This document shows positions 58,223 to 64,000 of a DNA stretch of 64,000 nucleotides, piece by piece; position 1 is the first letter of the stretch; every line of letters starts with the position of its first letter. The notes under the pieces were generated by a model. It saw only the letters and a program-made list of their open reading frames with translations, ran no database searches and was not told the origin of the DNA. The DNA comes from Cyclobacteriaceae bacterium. GTDB taxonomy: Bacteria; Bacteroidota; Bacteroidia; Cytophagales; Cyclobacteriaceae. The translations under genes were made by a program, and so were the position numbers. Where the stretch lies: contig CBDDGZ010000002.1 in the NCBI GenBank assembly GCA_965228105.1, positions 3,806,154 to 3,870,153 on the forward strand, read 5' to 3'.

Positions 58223-60076
58223 TTATTCTTCAATAGATGTCAACGGCTCTACATTTTTTTCAGCTCCCGGATACCCCAGGTTCTGATTGATCCGTCCTTG
58301 TGTATTTCCATTAATTGATGAAGCCGGTATAGGATATAATACATGATAAGGGCTCATAGTATACTCGTCCCCGTGAATCGTGAATACACCCTTATTGTAA
58401 AATACTGTAGTTTCCATGATCCTGTCATACCAGAAATTTACCTCGTGCATATTGCCTAATGAATAGGTCTTGCCATTGTAAGCCGTTTTACCTGTCATCG
58501 CAAAGATGAATGCCATTCTAGTCAACTCAGTATTTCTGGGTTCTTCATAGTATAATTCTCTGGCCCTTTCGTCTAGTATGGTACCAATATTCACATCACC
58601 TGAAGGCATATCAGGTGCTCCGGCTCTGTTTCGAACCATATTGATATCAGCTGCTGCACTTACCGGATCATCGTTCCAGAAATGAGCCTCTGCTCGTAGC
58701 AAATACGTTTCAGCCAAACGAAAAACATACCAATCTGAATGTCCACCACTAGGTCTTGAAGCTGTAGGATCTGGTATGAATAATTTATATTGTGGCCATC
58801 CGTACCAGTTACGAATCGTATCAGAACATAATACTACACCAGCATTATTGGTGAATTCTAGTGGCTGGTTATAATATGTGCTGCCATTCGTCTTAAGAGA
58901 CTCAGCATTATACGTGATATCTTCCATATCCATCCAGTTTCCCGGAGCATGCCTTAAATCCAGATCTCCTGGATCATTGGGATCATTCCAAATATCTTTG
59001 GTGCTATAGGGCACACCTCTATTTCTCCCGATCCCTCTACCATAGGCCAGTACATGTGGAATCTCTGCATCAGGACTATCAGACATGCCATTAAATCCAT
59101 CAGGGGTATTGATGAACCTCCACCACAGAGGAACAGCCTGACGCATGGCACTAGTTGCGGTCTGACTACCATTTCCAGCAAATTCCAGCCTGGAGACGCT
59201 TAGCAAAATAGCTCCTGGATTTGAAGCCTTGTTCTCAGGCCTATGTAAGTCCCAGATCACATTTTTAGTAGCATCGCCAGCATCTACACCATACCTGGTG
59301 GTCTGTAAGGAATAGGGTCCATTAATTACAGCTGTGGCAGCTGCTATGGCTCCATCAAAATCAGCAAGTGCGAGGCTTACCTTGGTTAACAGGTGGTTGA
59401 CAGCGCCTCTGCTTACTTCTCCGATCGCCACACTTTCCGGTACCCATTGTGCTGCAAATTCCAGGTCATCCTGTATTTTCTCTAGAATTGTTATGCGAGA
59501 GGTAGATCTGAAATCAAGCTTTGGTGTGGTGAGTTCTTTTAAAAGAAGCGGTACATCACCAAACTGCTGTGTCAGTCGATAATAGGCATATGCCCTATGG
59601 AAATAAGCTGTACCCAACACTGCGTTTCGTTCCTCGTCAGATTGGTATGTGGGCACGTCGATTCTACTTACTACTGTATTGGCCAATTTTATATTCTCAT
59701 AAAATTCATTCCAATACCATCCTATCCTGTTAGTATTGGAGCTATTTAGATTGGCATCCGGAAGGATCAATAAATTGAGATCCTGTGCAGGACCTGACTT
59801 ATCTGTAGTACCTTCAACAGCTACCTCTGACATAAGATTTTCCGTAATAATAGGTGCACCGTCCCCATACCATTCTGCATTCATTCTTCTGCTCGCACCC
59901 ATCAATAGGGCATACATACCATTTGCATCACCTAAGGCATTGTCAGGAGTGTAGAATGAAAGCGGATCAGGGTCCAGAAACTCTTCATCACAGCCTGTCA
60001 TTGTAGCAATAATCAATATCGCTGTCAATAAGCCTTTCAATAAATTTTCTATATTCTTTCTCATAATTTCTTTCAT
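58223..60076 (-). CDS. SusD/RagB family nutrient-binding outer-membrane lipoprotein
   Basis: 617 aa, lipobox ATMTGC, SusD-like helical/TPR-like sequence. Starts 6 nt after the SusC-like stop. Confidence 0.9.
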   Translation of the reverse strand: MKEIMRKNIENLLKGLLTAILIIATMTGCDEEFLDPDPLSFYTPDNALGDANGMYALLMGASRRMNAEWYGDGAPIITENLMSEVAVEGTTDKSGPAQDLNLLILPDANLNSSNTNRIGWYWNEFYENIKLANTVVSRIDVPTYQSDEERNAVLGTAYFHRAYAYYRLTQQFGDVPLLLKELTTPKLDFRSTSRITILEKIQDDLEFAAQWVPESVAIGEVSRGAVNHLLTKVSLALADFDGAIAAATAVINGPYSLQTTRYGVDAGDATKNVIWDLHRPENKASNPGAILLSVSRLEFAGNGSQTATSAMRQAVPLWWRFINTPDGFNGMSDSPDAEIPHVLAYGRGIGRNRGVPYSTKDIWNDPNDPGDLDLRHAPGNWMDMEDITYNAESLKTNGSTYYNQPLEFTNNAGVVLCSDTIRNWYGWPQYKLFIPDPTASRPSGGHSDWYVFRLAETYLLRAEAHFWNDDPVSAAADINMVRNRAGAPDMPSGDVNIGTILDERARELYYEEPRNTELTRMAFIFAMTGKTAYNGKTYSLGNMHEVNFWYDRIMETTVFYNKGVFTIHGDEYTMSPYHVLYPIPASSINGNTQGRINQNLGYPGAEKNVEPLTSIEE

Positions 60077-60082
60077 TTGAGC

Positions 60083-63000
60083 TTATAAAGTCAGATTTAA
60101 TCCAAGCGTGAAAAATCTTGGTGAAGGTCCGCTACCGGATACACCATCCACATCTGCTGCCTCCGGATCCCAGATTTCCCAGTCAGGAGCCCAAACCGCT
60201 GCATTTCTGATGTTTCCATAGACCCGGAGACTCTGTATGTTGATATCATCCAGAATTTGCTGCGGCACGGTATAGGATAACGTTACATTCTGAAGCCTGA
60301 TGAAGGAGTTATTTCTGTAAACATTGAAATTAGCACCACCTTCGCTTGAGAACAATCTTCCCCATTCTGTCTGAGGATTTTCTGGTGTCCAGTAAGGGTA
60401 CTGAATAGAATTCGTTCTGTCAACAAAACTGTCTCTATTCTTGGCTTCATTAAATTCCCTTTTCATACCCCACAACGAGTACATTTCAATGCTTAAATCA
60501 AAGTTCTGGAAGAAATTGAAACTGTTGACGAGTGTCCATCTAAACCTTGGTGTGGCATAGCCCAGGAATTCATTGTCTTCTATTGTGAATACACCATCGT
60601 CGTTTTTGTCCAGTATTTGGAAATCCCCTGGAAACTGACCATATACATCGGCCTCAGCTTCCTGACCCAATTGCCAGACTCCAAGTACCCGTTGTCCCCA
60701 CAAAACGTCTATATCCTTACCAATAAACCACTGGTTGGTGGGATCATCCAATTCTTCTCCGTTTTCATCAAGATCACCATACAGGCTGTTGATCTTATTT
60801 CTGTTTAAAGAGAAGTTGACCATAGATGACCATTTGAAATTGGCATTGCTGATGTTTCTGCTGTTTACAAACAATTCAAACCCATTGTTTTGAACTTCCC
60901 CGAGATTTGAAAGCACATTGGTATATCCAGTCACATCCGGTAATGCCCTTGACACCAACAGGTCATTTGTAACCATGTTGTAGACCTCCATTGATCCGTC
61001 AATTACACCCGCAAACAGGCTGAAATCGAGACCGAAGTTGGTAGCAGTGGTGCGCTCCCATTTTAGTCCTGAATTCTGCATGGTAGAAGGGTCAAGTGTG
61101 GCCACTGGTGTTACTGATCCACCGTTGATGATCAACACTTTATTGTCTGATAACTGTGATAAATAGGCATATCTACCAATGTTTCTGTTTCCATTGACAC
61201 CCCAGGAAACCCTGAACTTCAAAAAGTCGATAGGAGCTACATCAAAAAATCCTTCATCCGAGATCACCCAACCACCGCTGAGTGATGGGAAAGTCGCTCT
61301 TTTATTTTCCGGACCAAAGGCTGAATAACCATCTCTTCGTGCTGAAGCAGAGAACAAATATTTGGATCCAAAACTATAATTTACTCTACCCATCATGGCG
61401 TCTCCCGTACTGATAGCATCTCCACCACCAAGGCTAGGGGCTGTACCTAAACTTAAATTATTATATCCAAGCAGATCATTAGGACTGAACAGTGTATTGG
61501 TCGTCCTGGCGTTTGCACTTTCAAACTGTTCAGCATAAATCAGGTAAGTTGCGTCAATTGCATGATCTCCAAATGTCTTATTCCATTTAAAGATATTTTC
61601 CAGCTGCCACTCATGGACCTCGGTATTGTCACGAAAAGCCGTACCAGTAGCCCATTCAGGACTTGCTGAAGATTGATGTGTGAAATTATGACTCCACTCA
61701 AACCTGTTAGTAAAAGCCAGCTGGTAAGAAAAACCAAGAGGTAAAGAGATCAAAGAATAAACGCGCGCGTTCAGGATATTTTCCTTGATTTCGCGATCAG
61801 TATAAGTCCTTCTTAAGAAAGGATGTCTTGCTCCTGTTCCCGGATCGTCCTGTGGGCTGAATCTCAGACCAGTTCCTGCATCATTTAGCTCAGAACCCCA
61901 GGGAGAATCTCTCCAGTACATTTCCCATTCAGCAGGTACAGAACTTTCATCACCCTGAGAAAATTGTGCATTAACACCAACAGACAACCAGTCCACAACT
62001 TCTGCATCCAGATTTAACCGGGTTCTGATGGTTTCATACTTTTCTCCTACAATGATACCTTCGTTACTCATCTTATTGATAGACCAGAAATATTTCAGGT
62101 CAGACTTTTGGCCTGACAAACTTAAATTCAGGTCACTTCGGGTACCATTCTGAAAGATCATATCATACCAGTTCACACTTCTGCCAGCCAGGTAGTTTCC
62201 TATTTCAACATCCTGAAAACCAATTCTATTCAACCACGCCGTAGTAGGATCTCCAGTGGCTCCATCATAAGCAAGCCAATCGGAAAGAGATACTCCTGCA
62301 GGAAGGTTGTCGGGGTTATCAAAAAATCCCGGCTGATCATCCACTCCATAATTGATACTCTTAAATACATCAGTTCTCCAGGCCGCATATTCCTGCGGGC
62401 CGTATGGTGGATTGTCAAAAGCCTTGGTGGCAATACCATAGGACGTGGCCACGTTGATGGTTGGCTTTTCTGTCGTACCTCTCTTGGTAGTGATGAGAAT
62501 TACTCCGTTAGCCCCTCTCGCACCATAAACTGCTGCAGAGCTGGCGTCTTTCATTACATCAACCTTATCTATATCATTGGGATTGATCGAGGACAGGTCA
62601 CCATTATAAATAGTTCCATCCAGTACAATCAGAGGTTGTGTTCCTGCATTTAATGAGTTGTTACCCCGAACCTGAATCTCACTGACACCCTTAGGTGAGT
62701 TATTGAAACCAACATTCAGACCGGGAACATTTGCCCGTAATATGTCAGTCACGGAGTTTGGTGATTGATTAGCAATTTTGGTTGCATCAATCTGTCCTAC
62801 CGCCCCTGTGAGATCTCTCTTCTTCTGGGTACCGTATCCCATCACAACAACTTCATCCAGCTGTTCTTGATCAGGTACCATGGATACATTAATTGTACTT
62901 TGTGTTCCTACTGTGATTTCACTTGACTCATAGCCAACAAATGAAATTTGCAAAATCGCATTATCCCCCACAGAAATAGAGAAGTCACCGTTGACATCGG

Positions 63001-63262
63001 TGATAGTACCATTGGATGTCCCTTTTTCCAGAACTGTCGCACCTGGTAACGATTCGCCATTCTCATCTGTAATATTCCCAGAAATTGAGCGTTGTAAGGT
63101 CTCTGATTGGTTATTAATTTCGGGATTTTTGTCTCCCGTGTTATCTCCCCTGGCTGTCCCAGCACTACCCAGAGCCAGATTTGTTGTCAGAAAGAGCATG
63201 ATAAGCAACTTTCCAAACATATTGAATACCATAACTATGGTATGAGTAAATTTACTCTTCAT
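60083..63262 (-). CDS. SusC/RagA family TonB-dependent outer-membrane transporter
   Basis: 1059 aa. CarboxypepD_reg-like domain (ISGNITDENGESLPGATVLEKGTSNGTITDVNGDFSI), plug (DEVVVMGYGTQKKRDLTGAV), and a long beta-barrel. Confidence 0.9.
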   Translation of the reverse strand: MKSKFTHTIVMVFNMFGKLLIMLFLTTNLALGSAGTARGDNTGDKNPEINNQSETLQRSISGNITDENGESLPGATVLEKGTSNGTITDVNGDFSISVGDNAILQISFVGYESSEITVGTQSTINVSMVPDQEQLDEVVVMGYGTQKKRDLTGAVGQIDATKIANQSPNSVTDILRANVPGLNVGFNNSPKGVSEIQVRGNNSLNAGTQPLIVLDGTIYNGDLSSINPNDIDKVDVMKDASSAAVYGARGANGVILITTKRGTTEKPTINVATSYGIATKAFDNPPYGPQEYAAWRTDVFKSINYGVDDQPGFFDNPDNLPAGVSLSDWLAYDGATGDPTTAWLNRIGFQDVEIGNYLAGRSVNWYDMIFQNGTRSDLNLSLSGQKSDLKYFWSINKMSNEGIIVGEKYETIRTRLNLDAEVVDWLSVGVNAQFSQGDESSVPAEWEMYWRDSPWGSELNDAGTGLRFSPQDDPGTGARHPFLRRTYTDREIKENILNARVYSLISLPLGFSYQLAFTNRFEWSHNFTHQSSASPEWATGTAFRDNTEVHEWQLENIFKWNKTFGDHAIDATYLIYAEQFESANARTTNTLFSPNDLLGYNNLSLGTAPSLGGGDAISTGDAMMGRVNYSFGSKYLFSASARRDGYSAFGPENKRATFPSLSGGWVISDEGFFDVAPIDFLKFRVSWGVNGNRNIGRYAYLSQLSDNKVLIINGGSVTPVATLDPSTMQNSGLKWERTTATNFGLDFSLFAGVIDGSMEVYNMVTNDLLVSRALPDVTGYTNVLSNLGEVQNNGFELFVNSRNISNANFKWSSMVNFSLNRNKINSLYGDLDENGEELDDPTNQWFIGKDIDVLWGQRVLGVWQLGQEAEADVYGQFPGDFQILDKNDDGVFTIEDNEFLGYATPRFRWTLVNSFNFFQNFDLSIEMYSLWGMKREFNEAKNRDSFVDRTNSIQYPYWTPENPQTEWGRLFSSEGGANFNVYRNNSFIRLQNVTLSYTVPQQILDDINIQSLRVYGNIRNAAVWAPDWEIWDPEAADVDGVSGSGPSPRFFTLGLNLTL

Positions 63263-63366
63263 ATTTTTGAATTTGGTTAAATGTTTATTGTTTAACTAAT
63301 TGATAGTTAACTCCCTATGTTGATTTGAGCGTCATTATTAAGAGTAACTATCGCAAATATGTGACT

Positions 63367-63396
63367 GGGGTCAGCATTGCTGATCCCTCTTTTTTT
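63367..63396 (+). terminator. intrinsic-terminator-like hairpin plus T-tract on the + strand, upstream (antisense side) of the SusC-like gene
   Basis: ggggtcagc-att-gctgatccc (9 bp including one G.U) followed by tcttttttt. Confidence 0.45.
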
Positions 63397-63888
63397 GTAT
63401 CAATGCTATATCATATATATCGGGGTTAGAGTTAAAAAAGCACAGCAGAGACATTTATTCTGCCATTGTCAAATACTAGCAATATCATGATCTCTAAAAA
63501 TCAGTAACCTGATTTTATATCATACAATCCTAATCCTGCTTTTACAATAGTTATAAATAGAACACTTGTCTTACCAAGTTCATTCTGAGTATTGTTTAAA
63601 GCGCTTACCACTTAATTAGATCAGGTTAATTACAAGCATAAAATTAGAAGCGTAAATTTGCGTTTTCTAGTATTTTTATTGCAGAGATGAGTATTATTAT
63701 TGCGTATCCGGACTGAAACTAAGCAAACACTAAGCTGATTTCTCGATTTTTATCGAAGTTCACACCTGGAACTGATCATTTTCTTCAACTATTTAAGCTG
63801 AATCAGTTATATATTTTGATCCATTTAAGCTAAAGTCAGAATAATAGCATCCTATTGAAAAATTCATAAATCAGCGTTTCAGACTTCC

Positions 63889-64000
63889 TTACACCACATT
63901 AGCACTATGGTATTGATCCTGAAACTGAGTGGGCGTAAATGACATTATCTTTCTAAACTGTCGATTGAAATTTGACAGGTTGTTGAAACCACTTTCAAAG
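63889..64000 (-). CDS. C-terminal end of an AraC-type HTH regulator (possibly a hybrid two-component PUL regulator); 5' part outside the window
   Basis: Minus strand reads ..FESGFNNLSNFNRQFRKIMSFTPTQFQDQYHSANVV-stop, the second HTH of an AraC/XylS domain. Confidence 0.7.
   Translation of the reverse strand, partial: FESGFNNLSNFNRQFRKIMSFTPTQFQDQYHSANVV

Noticed and set aside
1-64000. Search for tRNA, rRNA, tmRNA, prophage, toxin-antitoxin, restriction-modification or other defence modules
   Set aside because: I saw no T-loop/acceptor-type sequences, and no integrase, phage structural, nuclease-methylase or Cas-like ORFs in any frame. The absence is by eye only and should be confirmed with tRNAscan, Infernal and defence-system HMM tools.

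Overview
This 64-kb chromosomal window reads as a Bacteroidota genome; I cannot name the species. Markers are a SusC/SusD pair, many lipoproteins, TAT-exported Gfo/Idh/MocA and GMC oxidoreductases, DUF1080, PSCyt/DUF1501/DUF1553 genes and a Bacteroidota-type LptD. It holds about 55 credible protein genes and one SAM-I riboswitch. I found no rRNA, tRNA, CRISPR, prophage or recognisable defence island. 0-31 kb is housekeeping and envelope: alaS-gatB, M23 peptidase, CapA-like, MerR, dprA, a DASS transporter, a riboswitch-controlled split metH operon, mltB, a DeoR-linked polyol/ketose-phosphate cluster, an IorAB-type molybdoenzyme, cell-wall enzymes, MlaD, an amidase, LptD-like and YebC. 31-64 kb is more accessory. 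It has tandem TAT Gfo/Idh/MocA paralogues and a uracil-DNA-glycosylase-family gene whose 3' end is duplicated around a REP/RAYT insertion (IS200-like Y1 transposase with an in-frame stop). It also has a YeeE/YedE pair, a radical SAM gene and a PSCyt1/DUF1501/DUF1553 operon. Last is a ~16-kb co-directional SusC/SusD locus built from a sulfatase, an esterase, two DUF1080 proteins, a TAT-hitchhiker GMC oxidoreductase pair and a 957-aa unknown, with no classical glycoside hydrolase. Best leads: (1) a Cys-less QueF-like T-fold protein inside the split metH operon; (2) the GH-poor, apparently oxidative PUL; (3) a repeat-rich 1.2-kb island inside that PUL, with 88-bp direct repeats flanking a 52-aa tail-anchored ORF plus a 5 x 22-bp hairpin array; (4) a diverged 193-bp duplication of the UDG 3' end bracketing the REP/RAYT element. 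All functional calls come from motif recognition by eye on the supplied translations, not from database searches.
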